A DNA stretch of 64,000 nucleotides from Naegleria gruberi (taxonomy: Eukaryota): the NCBI GenBank assembly GCA_000004985.1, contig GG738878.1. One strand, written 5' to 3'. Position numbers and translations under genes: made by a program. A model generated the notes under the pieces. It was given only the letters and a program-made list of their open reading frames with translations. It searched no databases and was not told the origin of the DNA. Shown here one piece after another: positions 53,501 through 64,000 of the stretch; the first letter of the stretch is position 1, and each line of letters begins with the position of its first letter.

Positions 53501-55177
53501 ATGATGATGATTTTTCCATTCCATTCGATTGATTATCATCATGCAACAACAATAACAATGAATGAAATTCCACTTTCTTCATCATCCATGTCTCATCATC
53601 AATATATGCCTCCACCTCCTGTATTATCATCTACTACTCCATCGTCACCATCTGGAGTAGCAGCAACACATCATCATCCTACTAGTACATTATCTTCCTT
53701 GTTTAGAAAGTATACTTCATCACCCAGTAGTAGTCGACAAAAGCAACATTCGGATATGAATGATTTACAACAGGATTTGTTGGAAAATGATTTTCAGGAA
53801 GAGTTGCAGACGAGAAATAAGAGTATTGATGGGTATAATGGGGTAGTGGACGATGATGCATACTATACGAAAGAAAATAAGGTGAAATTTTACATTCCTG
53901 AGAAGAAGTTTAATTTCTATCCGAATGTGGTGTTTAATTTGAGTAATTCGACTATTGGAGCTGGAATATTGACACTGCCATATGCTTTTAAAAGTTGTGG
54001 ACTAATTATGGGAATTGTCATTTTGGTTTTGGTTGGATTGATTGCTGTCCTTTCACTTCATTATTTATTGAATGCATCAGAGATTACAAAAGGGAGAACA
54101 TATAGAGAGGTAGCTATCAAAGCATTTAGAGGGAAAAAATTCATTGGTGTGATAATTGACATTGTGACGATCGTGTTTTGTTTTGGAGTCATGGTTGGAT
54201 ATGCAAATATTGTTGGAGATTATATGAAAACTATTTATGTTGGAATGTTAGAATCGGATTTGTTTGGAGGAAGTGAAGGAGCTTCAAAGGGACATATTAT
54301 GGCTACCAGAAGTTTCAATAGTTTTATTGCAATGGTTTTGGTAATGCTTCCTTTGAGTTTACTTCGAAAGATTAGTTTCCTTTCGTTTACTTCGTATATT
54401 TCAATGATTTGCATGTTCTTTACAATGGTTGTTTTGTTTATTAGATTCTGCCAAAAGGCACCAACTCTTCCAAAAAGATATGGCTACGATCTGACTCTAG
54501 TTCAAGAAAGTGGAAAATTCATGGAAGTTTTCTTAGCATTTCCAGTTTTATTCTTTGCATTTGGTTCACATTTTACCTTACTTCCACTCTATTATGAAAT
54601 TAAGGCCAAAATACGATCAAGAAGAAATATGGCTTGGGCCATCAACAATTCATCCATCATTTGTATGATTTGCTACTTGTTTGTTGGTATATTTGGTTAT
54701 GTACAGTTTGGAGACAAGTCAGTTAAGGAAAATATTCTCAACTCTTTCAAAGCCAATGACTTGTTGGTACTCGTTTGTAAAATATGTATGATATTTGTGG
54801 TTGGGTTGTCCTATCCACTCATTAACTTTGTTGCTAGAGTTCATGTTGAATCTTTATTATTTTCCAAGAGAAAATTCTCCTATTTCAGATGGGTTTTTGA
54901 AACATGCATAATTTCAGCATTGGTTTTATTGGTAATTTTGATTCCTTTGGATATTGTTACAATTTTTGGATTGACTGGAGCCAGTTTTGGAATGATTTTA
55001 ATGTTTATATTACCTTGTGTGTTTTATGGAATGGTAGAAACTCACAAAGTGAAAAGAGGATTTGCATTCTTTGTTGCATTTATTTGTTGCCTTCTTGGAT
55101 TAATATCGACAGGAAGTGTCATTTTGGACTTTGTGAGAAAAATTATGAATAATCAAATAACACTGCAAGATTTCTAA
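53501..55177 (+). CDS. amino acid transporter (Aa_trans / SLC32-36-38-like), 11 TM (558 aa)
   Basis: N-terminal S/P-rich tail, then FNLSNSTIGAGILTLPYAFKSCGLIMGIVILVLVGLIAVLS and multiple hydrophobic helices typical of the AAAP family. Confidence 0.75.
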   Translation: MMMIFPFHSIDYHHATTITMNEIPLSSSSMSHHQYMPPPPVLSSTTPSSPSGVAATHHHPTSTLSSLFRKYTSSPSSSRQKQHSDMNDLQQDLLENDFQEELQTRNKSIDGYNGVVDDDAYYTKENKVKFYIPEKKFNFYPNVVFNLSNSTIGAGILTLPYAFKSCGLIMGIVILVLVGLIAVLSLHYLLNASEITKGRTYREVAIKAFRGKKFIGVIIDIVTIVFCFGVMVGYANIVGDYMKTIYVGMLESDLFGGSEGASKGHIMATRSFNSFIAMVLVMLPLSLLRKISFLSFTSYISMICMFFTMVVLFIRFCQKAPTLPKRYGYDLTLVQESGKFMEVFLAFPVLFFAFGSHFTLLPLYYEIKAKIRSRRNMAWAINNSSIICMICYLFVGIFGYVQFGDKSVKENILNSFKANDLLVLVCKICMIFVVGLSYPLINFVARVHVESLLFSKRKFSYFRWVFETCIISALVLLVILIPLDIVTIFGLTGASFGMILMFILPCVFYGMVETHKVKRGFAFFVAFICCLLGLISTGSVILDFVRKIMNNQITLQDF

Positions 55178-55242
55178 TTTATTTATACAAATTTGGAGTT
55201 TATTTTCTTTTTGGAATATAGTTGGATTGTTGTAGATATTGA

Positions 55243-56769
55243 TTATTTAAGTTTGTTCGGAAATCTGAAATTCATTCTATCAACATAGGTCCATAACTTC
55301 CTTGGATCCAACTGCTTCTCAATTGGACACTGATATTTCCATTTAGGAATGGATCCTTCTTGGAACTGAGTAGAAACTTCTAAATTACAACACCAAGTAT
55401 TGGCCAACAACTTTACAGTAGCACAATACAGAGCTTCATTCATTCTCAATCGTTGCTGAGTGGGAAGATAAAAGTACTCAATCATTGATCCAAATGGTCC
55501 AGAGATATTTCTAAATTCCTCCTTACTCGGTCTTGCTGAAAGCTTTTGCTTTTTAATGATTGACTCAACTGGTAAACCACATCCTGCCTTCTTTGAATAT
55601 TCTCCCAGCTCGTTCAGTAATTGATTGCAAACATCTTTTGAAATTGCATTCTCAATCACAACATATCCATATCTGTGAAAGAATTCCAAATGTCTTTGAG
55701 TGACAAGTTGCGAATGCTTGTTATACATTTCATCAAATTGAGATGATGGATCTTCATTAGTATTCTTTGAGAATAAGGTCTGAGAATGATTCTTCTCCCT
55801 GAATAGACATTCTCCGAGTGGAGTGAGCGGAATTAAATGTTCTGGATTGTTTGGATCCATGAATTTCTTTTCTAATTGGAATTCTGAACTGAAATCGTTT
55901 GGAGTTTCAAAGGTTTTTCTCTTCACACGTAAAGATTCGACTGTTTTCATATTGATTGGATGAGCCATTTCGAATGCATGATAGAAAACACATCTGGGAT
56001 AGCTCATATAGTTGAATTTTGAATTCTGATGTGGCATTCGAATATCAAAAAAGATGTAATCACCTCTTTGAATGGGTTCGTATGGAATCTTATCGTGTTC
56101 CTTGGCTATCTCTTTCAAATACTTGATATATTGGTCGACTTGATCTTGATCTGAATCAATTTCTAATCTAGTCACTTCCTTAGATGGTGGAGACCAATTT
56201 TTAGGTACTCGCTTGACCTTTCGTATTAATTCGAATAATGGACTATCCTCTTTATCATTCTCAACAAATTTCACATGATACGGACTCACCCAAGGTGATT
56301 TCTTCCTCATCGACTCTCCTTCCCTAAACTTTTCATCACAAGCTTCAAAATAACCATCAGCCGAAACTGTTGGAAATCCAGGAATAATCTCCAAACTACC
56401 TTCCTCCTTACTCTTATCCAAATCTCCATCCGAAAGACACAACATGGACTGGAAAGGTCTAAATCTATCCAATTTCTCATACTCATACTTTCTATTCAAT
56501 TTACCCCAGAGATTATACGGCCACGAGTCGAGATGAAGACCAGTTCCAGTTTGCCTCAAAGGAGTTGTGCTGGTTGTTGAAGACTTTTCGGATTCAACAA
56601 TTGCTGAGCTGGATGAGGTGAGAGTAGATTGTTTTAATTTACGTTTCTTTGTGGCTGTTGCATTATCTTGGTTTGGTTGTGATTTCATTTTTTTTGGTTT
56701 TAGTTTTTTTGTTTTTGCGAGTTCTAGTAAAAACTGGAAGTGATATTTCACCAACTTCATAAAATTCAT
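55243..56769 (-). CDS. hypothetical protein (508 aa); C-terminal region weakly PhyH/2OG-oxygenase-like (HRYGYVVIENAISKDVCNQLLNEL)
   Basis: ATG start, K-rich N-terminus. Family not established. Confidence 0.35.
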   Translation of the reverse strand: MNFMKLVKYHFQFLLELAKTKKLKPKKMKSQPNQDNATATKKRKLKQSTLTSSSSAIVESEKSSTTSTTPLRQTGTGLHLDSWPYNLWGKLNRKYEYEKLDRFRPFQSMLCLSDGDLDKSKEEGSLEIIPGFPTVSADGYFEACDEKFREGESMRKKSPWVSPYHVKFVENDKEDSPLFELIRKVKRVPKNWSPPSKEVTRLEIDSDQDQVDQYIKYLKEIAKEHDKIPYEPIQRGDYIFFDIRMPHQNSKFNYMSYPRCVFYHAFEMAHPINMKTVESLRVKRKTFETPNDFSSEFQLEKKFMDPNNPEHLIPLTPLGECLFREKNHSQTLFSKNTNEDPSSQFDEMYNKHSQLVTQRHLEFFHRYGYVVIENAISKDVCNQLLNELGEYSKKAGCGLPVESIIKKQKLSARPSKEEFRNISGPFGSMIEYFYLPTQQRLRMNEALYCATVKLLANTWCCNLEVSTQFQEGSIPKWKYQCPIEKQLDPRKLWTYVDRMNFRFPNKLK

Positions 56770-56847
56770 TAAACATATTCGATGAAAATTCGATAGAAAA
56801 TGGTAAATGGAAGAAAATGGTTAAAAAGGTATTTTACTTTCGAATAT

Positions 56848-57153
56848 TTATTTAGTCAACTTGGCATTATTAATAACAGATAATGGTTCATTTACATCGA
56901 AAACCTTTGCTTCTACATGATCCACTCCAAAATTCTTCAATCTTGCAGTATGCATTTCAAGATAGGCACGTGCAGTTTCTTCACTTTCGAATAAATAAAT
57001 TCCACCAGCTTCTTGGTTCTCCTTACTTTCGGTCCAAACTTTCCACAAAAATCCAGGTTCCCTATTGATCGATTCTGCTAATCCTTTCAACTGCTCCGAC
57101 ATTTCCTCACCGAAAGGTCCATTAAATTTAAAGTGCACTTGCAAGAGTTTCAT
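56848..57153 (-). CDS. YdhR-like dimeric alpha+beta-barrel protein (putative monooxygenase family, 101 aa)
   Basis: Compact intronless ORF with ATG start: [71 protein letters not shown]. This pattern is characteristic of the mostly bacterial YdhR (PF08803) family. Confidence 0.5.
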   Translation of the reverse strand: MKLLQVHFKFNGPFGEEMSEQLKGLAESINREPGFLWKVWTESKENQEAGGIYLFESEETARAYLEMHTARLKNFGVDHVEAKVFDVNEPLSVINNAKLTK

Positions 57154-57321
57154 TTTGTTTTGTTTTTTTTGTTTTTTCTGCTTTTTATTTTCAAGATCTT
57201 TTGATTTGGTAATGGTGTTTGAGTGGAGGAAAATTATTTATCCATTGTGAATGGATATTAGAATTTGTACGTGCGTGTTATTTATTGTTAAGAATTCGGC
57301 GAAATAGTTTTACAATTTTCA

Positions 57322-58296
57322 TTATTTGCTTGCAGAATTCTGTGCAACAGATTTGAATGAATCGAGCTCAAGTAATTCTGGATATTCATACTCAATTCTC
57401 AAATCTCTGTAATTGGCTGAGTAGTCTGTTTGTGAAAGGAAGCCGTGTAAGGAGAGTGCTTGCAATTTCAAATGTTCATCAAAACGATAGGATAATGGAG
57501 TACCTTCTAGAGCTTGTCCATTTTGTTTGATACATTCAAAAATAAAATTCCAATCACTTGTAATGTCGTTGTCAGCATAGCTGAGAATATTTCCTTGATT
57601 CTTGACACATTTCAATACAAATTCTCGATCCTTCTTGAGCTCATCTGATGCAAACAAGAAAGCTCTTTCATCATTTAGAGTAGCTCTATAGACAATCTCC
57701 TTATCATTTCGAAACTCCTCACAAACATGTTCCAATAGGGAGCCACATCTTCCAATTGATTTCAAAACAAAATCTCGATCACTTCCTAATTCAGGAACAT
57801 AACCCATTGCAAATCCAATGACATATTCGACATGGTTTCCTCCTTGATCAACAGCTTTCAGTAACAATTCCCTTGTTCTGACTCTTGGTGGAGTCAACTT
57901 GATAACATAACCATTCACCTTTAAACATTTCAACACAAATTCAGCATTCATTTTCAAATCTAAAGAAGCAAATTCAAATCCCTTTCCATCAGGCGTTTTG
58001 CTAATTAATTCCAAGATGAATTCCTGATCTTCTTTCAAATCAGATGAAATACGATGCATTATCCATGGCGAATCAAGGACTGCAATGGTTACAATTTCCC
58101 TGTTATTTCTCAATTCTAGAGAAGCAAATCTCAGTAATTCTCCTTTTTTGGAAACTGATTTTTTAACATAATCATAATCATTGGAAAATTCTATTGGTAT
58201 AAATTGTGTATTGATGATTTCCTTGTTGTAAATCCATCGGATTGTTGACTTGGAAATGGTTTCAAATTTTTTCTTTAAATATGTATTAGAAAACAT
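57322..58296 (-). CDS. DUF4116 repeat protein (324 aa)
   Basis: Repeated units (FASLELRNNREIVTIAV..., FASLDLKMNAEFVLKCLKVNG..., LFASDELKKDREFVLKCVKNQGNIL...) typical of DUF4116. Confidence 0.55.
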   Translation of the reverse strand: MFSNTYLKKKFETISKSTIRWIYNKEIINTQFIPIEFSNDYDYVKKSVSKKGELLRFASLELRNNREIVTIAVLDSPWIMHRISSDLKEDQEFILELISKTPDGKGFEFASLDLKMNAEFVLKCLKVNGYVIKLTPPRVRTRELLLKAVDQGGNHVEYVIGFAMGYVPELGSDRDFVLKSIGRCGSLLEHVCEEFRNDKEIVYRATLNDERAFLFASDELKKDREFVLKCVKNQGNILSYADNDITSDWNFIFECIKQNGQALEGTPLSYRFDEHLKLQALSLHGFLSQTDYSANYRDLRIEYEYPELLELDSFKSVAQNSASK

Positions 58297-58471
58297 CTAA
58301 AATAATAGTGGCAATTTCATCATCATCATATTCATCTTCTGATGATGATCGTTTGATTTTTTTATTTTCTCCGAAGTAAAAACTGTCATCGATCTGCTTT
58401 CTCTTGTTTGACATTTTTTTTAAAGAATTTTTATTGTAAACTTTTATTCCACAACATGTCAGAAAAGCAAA

Positions 58472-60177
58472 CTATTCTTCTTCCTCCTCATATGTTTCTT
58501 CTTCTTCAGCAACAACTTCTTCCTCATTCAAAGTTAATTGAGCCTTTCTATTTTCCCAAACAAGAGTAACTTCAACATCTGAGAATTCTTCATCTCTACA
58601 TTCAGATTTAACATAGAATGTGTAATCTCCTTTTGGAACTCTTCTTCTTGTACCAGTAAATACATAGAGACCATCGCATTTGATTTCCAATTCTTCACAA
58701 CTTAATTCAAGATAACTGTTGAATTTGTCCATATCATCGTGAATCATTCTCAATGCAATGAGAACGTCACAAGTTCTGTCGACTGAAAGTGTGAATTGTT
58801 GAGTGAGAATGCATTCACCTTCCTCATTTTCACAAGTTTCGTCCTTTTCATCATGTTTGAGAATTTGTCTATAGGTAGGGAAATAGGACGATTGGTGAAC
58901 GTTGTGCAAGAGTTTTGGACTGAATTGATATCCGAATGAATTCTCGTCCTTATAGAAACATTCAATATCCACAATGTGGCCAACTGTCATTCTGGAGAAA
59001 CAATTAATAACATCATCAAAATGCATCCAAAAGACACCGTCATCCTTTTCTGCCTTATTTCTCTTTCTTCTTGATTTTGCATCAGTTGCTGTATCCACAA
59101 CAGGCAAAAGAACTGTATCTTTACACAACTCCTCAATGAGTTTTGATTGTCTAGTTACTCTCAGATTGAGTTCTCTCTTAACTTTTGTTGTCATCTCCTT
59201 AGAAGTATCAGACCAAGCTCCTTTCCATTCAGTACAACCCCAAGGATTTCTCAATCTAACCAATTGATTTCCATTGTAATCACAGGCATCAATGAGCGCA
59301 TAGTAATGTCCATCAACAATACCACTCTCTGTGGTGTTGGTATCACCGAGTCCAGATTCATTTTCTGAAGCAAAACCAATTGCATTACCATTCTTTACTC
59401 CTTTAAGAATTGATTTCCAAATGTCTTCTTTACACAATCCACCAAAAGGTTCTTCTTCTACACCTTCTTCTTCTTCCTCAGCAGTTTCCTCTTCTTCCTC
59501 TTCAACATACTCGTATTCACCTTCTTCCTCTTCTTCGTATTCTTCAGTTTCTTCTTCTTCTTAGCTTCCTCTTCACAATCACATTCCTCTTGGGTACAGG
59601 AAACGTGATTCTTCAAATATTCGAATTGAGGAAGGCAACCTGTGAAAATTTGAATTCCCAAAGTACCATCTCCACCATCAGTTTTATAATAACTTCCAAA
59701 AATTTTGGCAATCGCCTTCTCAACAATGGTAGGCCACAACTCATTTGGATTCTTTGATCTAACACCCAACAAGGATCCATCAGAAGAGACTGGAACATAA
59801 TCATCAATAGTGACATATCTCCACTCGTTTCTCCAGAACAATCTCAATGTATATTGTCCCATCTCAACATTTGCCTTAACAAACAAGTGAGCAATAATGT
59901 GTGGATATCTGGCAACAGCTGCTAACGAACTCAAAATCCAACAATTTCCAAAGCTTCCCTGAGCGATATCATTCACATCAATGCCATCACAAATAATCTG
60001 TGGATCATCACAAAGTTCGGAGAGTCTCATAAATCCATTATAATTCATACCTTCAAGATCTTCGTAGCCAAAAGATGTTTCATCGGCTGGAAAATCCAAA
60101 TCAACATACGGCTCTTCAAGAGGAGCCAAGTCTTTTTGCATTGAATAAAATTCCTCCTTACTTTGATAGGTTGTCAT
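58472..60177 (-). CDS. calpain-like cysteine protease, second paralogue; exons 60177..59511 and 59457..58472; intron 59510..59458 (53 nt, GTATGT...GTGTAG) within a charged low-complexity linker
   Basis: N-terminal exon: QGSFGNCWILSSLAAV (Cys). Second exon: VDGHYYALIDA (His), RLRNPWGCTEWKGAWSD (Asn), DGVFWMHFDDV, then a C2-like C-terminal region and a poly-E tail. The ORF track shows two frames (59458-60177 and 58472-59437). The canonical intron joins them in phase 1, with no frameshift needed. Confidence 0.8.
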
Positions 60178-60331
60178 TGTGTCTTAACGCCAATGAGGAT
60201 GAAATGTTACGGTATTTTTTTGTAATTTTTTATGTAATGTGGTTGTACTTTCAAGTTCATAAGCCAGTATTGCAACACTGAAAGATGGCCACAATGATGC
60301 GCACAAATTAATAAGAAAGTTTCAATAATAT

Positions 60332-63300
60332 TTATTTTTCGTGGAGTTTAGAAGAAACCCAGAATAAGGAATCTTCATTTTCTGGCATATCTTCATTAAT
60401 CTTTTCCAAACACTTCTTTCTGATAAGTTGATAAGAGGCCTTCTCCTTTGATTCTGCCATATAGCTCAATACATCCTCATTCTGATCCATAAATTCTATG
60501 GCTTCCTCAAATCTCAAGCTGAGGAATAATTCTCTCAGAGCTTGATAACCAGAGCACATTTTGATAAGATCTGGATTTGCATGTTCCTTTCTAGAGAGCA
60601 CACTATAAATATTGATTGGAATGGCCTTTCCCTTAACACAAACCACATCAACCCATTTACACAAGAATTTCTTGTGAACCTTTGCATAGACATTCTCACT
60701 GATCATTATTGAGGAACCATACATGGAATTGAGAGATTCGAGACGGGATGTTGTGTTGACTGTATCACCCAGACAAGTATAATTCATTCGGTCAACAGAC
60801 CCAATATTACCTATGAAACATTCTCCTGTATGAAGTCCTATTCTTATTTTCATATTAAAATTGTCAAAGGTTCCAGCATTCTTGTTAACACATATTAATC
60901 TCAACTTTTCCTTCCACTTGTTATTGAATGGAACTAGGCCCTCCTGACAAGCAAAGGCACTTTCAACAGCAGCTAATTCATGATCTCTTATAGGAACAGG
61001 ATCATTCCAAAAGGCCATAATTGAATCCCCAATAAATTTATCTACAGTTCCTTGGGTTTTCATGATAATATCTGTCTGTTGAGTGAAAAAGTCACACATT
61101 AGCTCTACAAGTGTATCAGGCGACATTTTCTCAGTCATGTTTGTAAAACTTGCAATATCAGAAAAGTAGAGTGTGACAGTTTTCCATTGAACACCCAACA
61201 TGGCTGGTTGTTTTGACTTGACAATAGTGGCAACAATATCATATGGCACATACTTGGAGAAACTATTCAAGCCTTTGCTCATTTGATTGACTGAGGAAAT
61301 AATGGAACGCACCTCTGAGAATGTAACAGGTACCTTGTCATCGTAACCTGTTTCTATATTCATCTGAGCAAGGTTGTCTACTCGTTTCTTCAATGAATTC
61401 AATGGACTTGTAATCAGTGCACTGACACAAATAGATATCATAACGGAAACTAAAACCAATACACACGACACGGCAACTACTGTGTAGCTTGTTTCTTGAA
61501 ATAGTGAAATATAACTACGTCTTGATGTTGAGTGGATAAGTAGCCAGTCTAATCCATTTTCAGTAATTGGCTCCACAGATACAAAATGAGCCTCACCACT
61601 AGAATCAACCAGGTAAATATTATTCGGAATGTTTGTCACATTAAGAGTGCCATTGATGCCATAATCTGTAAAAAGTTTTGTTGCAATTGAGGAGATGACA
61701 GTGTCATTTGCATTCTGTGCGAGAAGTAATGTCTGAGAACCTGACGAGTAGACCTGTTTCTGCTCTATTCCTTTACTAGATCCTAAAAGAGCTCCATCTT
61801 GTCTGATAACAAAAACTCTGTGATGATCCTCCTTGGCATATTCAGAATATAATTTCGTAGATAATTCAGAAAGTGAAAATATTACTGTCAAAACTCCTGT
61901 AAATTTGTTGTTGATATAGTAAGGGATAGAACAACCAATAGCCCATTTACCTGTAATAGTAATCTGGAAAATACTTGACCATACTGCAGTGTTGGAAGCA
62001 TCTAATCCTTTGGCCATTCTCTGTTCATCTATTGCTTTTAACTCATTCACACTAGAAAGAAGAACACCAAATCTACTTGATGATAATGGCATATTTCCTT
62101 CATAATATTGAATTTTTCCATTAGTCATCCTCCAAAAGTGCAACTTGTTTGTATTGTTATTTACAATGTACCTTTCTACTAATGAACCAGTTGGTGAATA
62201 GCTAACGTCAACCCCAGAATAATTTCCGTATAAATCTACAGAAAACATTTGATAAAACATTTCAGATTGAGCCACAGTATCTCTGAATAATTTCCTTAAC
62301 ATAGATTGATATCTTTCATTGGTTAGTGTATCTGTCAAGGAGAGGTTGGGCTCCAATTGAGTGAGTACAACTCTTGCCAAGTTTAACACACTCGGAGCAT
62401 AGTTGACCACTGAGGTCATCCAATTAGTTTTCATAAGATCCACTAGCTCTGAATTTGAATCAAATGCAATAGTATTAACTACTTGATACTCAGTGGTTAA
62501 ATACCCTGCGAGCCAAACTGAAATTCCAGTCACTACCACAACAGAAAGAAATACAATGAAAAGTACTATTTTGATGCTACAAACATAGTCGAAGCATTTT
62601 CTCTTGAAAACTTCCTTTTCTTCTCCAATGGATTCACTAACAAATGGCTCGGAAACAGATCTATTGGTAGAAACAACACTATTTCTATGATTATTTACAG
62701 TTCTTATGGATCTGGGTTGATCCTCACTACCTCTGTGGGCCATGTTTCTGTTGATATGATTGACTGTACCAAAAGAAAGTTGTAATGATTGAGGTCTATT
62801 AACAGAATTCCCATTTCTTTTTTTGTTGACTTGACGATTTGGAACCTTCTTTAAAACCTGTACCATAGTTGATGCAGAAGGAAGATCATCAACGATAATT
62901 TCGTTCTCCTCTTTAAAAGAAACTTGAACATTGTTCGCAGTAAGAGGTTCTGACCCTATTTCTTCTCTTGGAGTTCCAGGAGAGACCGCCACAATTGGGG
63001 AATTGGTTAAATTTAGTGCCTCTGACTTTTGTACTGGTTGAGAAGAAGATCTTCTTCTATTAGGATCATATTTTGTGGGTGGAAATGCAAATGACATGTT
63101 TACATCTTCCTCTCCGTCATGTTCCTCCATAGACTTAATTTTCTTTCCCAATTGTTTCTGAATAGTAAGAGGATCTACAACCAAATTATTTCTTGATGGT
63201 GAGGGAATGAGTTTTGGAGCTCTTGGTTGATCTCCTTCTTGACTTTGGCTCTGCCAACTTCCTACAAGCTGTTTTCTTCTAGAAGAATTAGCTCTAAACC

Positions 63301-64000
63301 TGTCATCACCATCGTCTTGTAAGTCGTCGCTCAACTCTCCTTGTTTAAAGAGCTCTACTATTGATTTTGCAGAGCCCATCATACTGGATTTCCTTGAAAT
63401 TCCACTAGTGTTTGACAAGGAGTTTTCATTGCCAAGAGATTTTCCAAAATATGAATTAACTGGAAGAGAATGAGTAATTCTTTCGGATGTGTCTGGTGTT
63501 GCTAAATGTATTGGATTGGTAGAATTAAAAGAAGGAGTAAATGAAGTACCAGTTGAGTGAACATCTGTCATTAGAGAATTGGGAGTGCTACAAGAAGGAA
63601 TGTGTTCCTCTACTAAGGCATTCAAATTAATATTTGTAATGGCCTCATCAGGATTAATATTCTCTGCAAATGAAAATTCATTCTTGAAATTATCCATCTC
63701 CTCATGTACCTCTTGATGATCATCTTGAATGGTAGAGACAGTCAGTATACTATCGAATTGTTGTTTCTCTACCTCATCATGAATATTAGTTTCATTCGAA
63801 TGTTCATTCTCAAGACTCTTCAATTCCGATGATAGAGTGGTATTATTATTACTATTTTCTAAATTAATACTATTACTACTAGTAGTCTCCACAATCGAAA
63901 CATTTACATCTTGCTCATCACCATCACAAACATCTTCAAATCTAGTTTTCTTTTTTATCAAATCATTCAATTCAACCTTGACCGTCGGAGGAGTACTATG
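60332..64000 (-). CDS. acgA: ACG-like receptor adenylyl cyclase, 5' end beyond the window: S/N-rich N-terminus, TM1, extracellular sensor (CHASE-like) domain, TM2, class III cyclase catalytic domain
   Basis: Frame stays open past the window edge (the ORF-track start is TTG, with no upstream stop). TM segments VLFIVFLSVVVVTGISVWLAGYL and VVAVSCVLVLVSVMISICVSALI flank a roughly 330-aa domain. Cyclase motifs: FSDIASFT, KFIGDSIMAFW, GLHTGECFIGNIGS, TVNTTSRLES. Confidence 0.8.
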   Translation of the reverse strand, partial: HSTPPTVKVELNDLIKKKTRFEDVCDGDEQDVNVSIVETTSSNSINLENSNNNTTLSSELKSLENEHSNETNIHDEVEKQQFDSILTVSTIQDDHQEVHEEMDNFKNEFSFAENINPDEAITNINLNALVEEHIPSCSTPNSLMTDVHSTGTSFTPSFNSTNPIHLATPDTSERITHSLPVNSYFGKSLGNENSLSNTSGISRKSSMMGSAKSIVELFKQGELSDDLQDDGDDRFRANSSRRKQLVGSWQSQSQEGDQPRAPKLIPSPSRNNLVVDPLTIQKQLGKKIKSMEEHDGEEDVNMSFAFPPTKYDPNRRRSSSQPVQKSEALNLTNSPIVAVSPGTPREEIGSEPLTANNVQVSFKEENEIIVDDLPSASTMVQVLKKVPNRQVNKKRNGNSVNRPQSLQLSFGTVNHINRNMAHRGSEDQPRSIRTVNNHRNSVVSTNRSVSEPFVSESIGEEKEVFKRKCFDYVCSIKIVLFIVFLSVVVVTGISVWLAGYLTTEYQVVNTIAFDSNSELVDLMKTNWMTSVVNYAPSVLNLARVVLTQLEPNLSLTDTLTNERYQSMLRKLFRDTVAQSEMFYQMFSVDLYGNYSGVDVSYSPTGSLVERYIVNNNTNKLHFWRMTNGKIQYYEGNMPLSSSRFGVLLSSVNELKAIDEQRMAKGLDASNTAVWSSIFQITITGKWAIGCSIPYYINNKFTGVLTVIFSLSELSTKLYSEYAKEDHHRVFVIRQDGALLGSSKGIEQKQVYSSGSQTLLLAQNANDTVISSIATKLFTDYGINGTLNVTNIPNNIYLVDSSGEAHFVSVEPITENGLDWLLIHSTSRRSYISLFQETSYTVVAVSCVLVLVSVMISICVSALITSPLNSLKKRVDNLAQMNIETGYDDKVPVTFSEVRSIISSVNQMSKGLNSFSKYVPYDIVATIVKSKQPAMLGVQWKTVTLYFSDIASFTNMTEKMSPDTLVELMCDFFTQQTDIIMKTQGTVDKFIGDSIMAFWNDPVPIRDHELAAVESAFACQEGLVPFNNKWKEKLRLICVNKNAGTFDNFNMKIRIGLHTGECFIGNIGSVDRMNYTCLGDTVNTTSRLESLNSMYGSSIMISENVYAKVHKKFLCKWVDVVCVKGKAIPINIYSVLSRKEHANPDLIKMCSGYQALRELFLSLRFEEAIEFMDQNEDVLSYMAESKEKASYQLIRKKCLEKINEDMPENEDSLFWVSSKLHEK

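Noticed and set aside
59458-59580. Genuine frameshift or poly-E linker reading in calpain 2
   Set aside because: A canonical GTATGT...TAG 53-nt intron in the right phase joins the two frames without invoking an error. The poly-E frame contains an in-frame TAA.
1-64000. Prokaryotic-style systems (CRISPR arrays, operons, defence islands), rRNA genes
   Set aside because: Sequence has spliceosomal introns, eukaryotic domain repertoire and no direct-repeat/spacer arrays or rRNA-like conserved blocks.

Overview
The window looks like gene-dense, AT-rich nuclear DNA from a protist, and the gene content points to a dictyostelid-like amoebozoan. It carries homologues of the IplA-type IP3 receptor, an ACG-like CHASE/cyclase osmosensor, a DUF4116 repeat protein, an Mps1 kinase, and a RhoGEF with IQ and LRR regions. 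Start codons mostly sit in A-rich contexts, TAA stops are frequent, and the spliceosomal introns are very short (39-80 nt, plus one of about 300 nt) with GTAAGT/GTATGT donors and AG acceptors. Several calls in the supplied ORF track are fragments of spliced genes or begin at non-ATG (TTG/GTG) codons; I re-derived ATG starts and exon junctions by hand where I could. Hand-derived coordinates (introns, motifs) may be off by 1-2 nt; coordinates taken from the ORF track are exact. I recognise about 35 protein-coding genes on both strands. Named ones include an IQ-array/LRR/DH-PH RhoGEF, an IP3-receptor homologue, an Mps1/TTK kinase, a TPR-MYND protein, a BET bromodomain protein, an RPE65-family carotenoid oxygenase, two intact calpains, an amino-acid transporter, a YdhR-like alpha+beta-barrel protein, a DUF4116 protein and a 5'-partial ACG-like adenylyl cyclase. 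There are two 50-N assembly gaps. They bracket a diverged tandem duplication of a kinase 3' portion plus an NmrA-like gene. There is also a 5'-truncated tRNA-Met-like fragment with a Pol III T-run. No rRNA, CRISPR array, transposase or reverse transcriptase is visible. I saw nothing resembling a prokaryotic defence or mobile system. The most notable observations are regulatory and structural: E2F-type TTTGGCGC palindromes in divergent promoters, a Met-less thioredoxin-like relic ORF beside the tRNA fragment, the gap-flanked duplication with reciprocal lesions, a possibly bacterial-origin YdhR-like gene, and an unusual membrane-anchored RhoGEF carrying about 35 IQ motifs.
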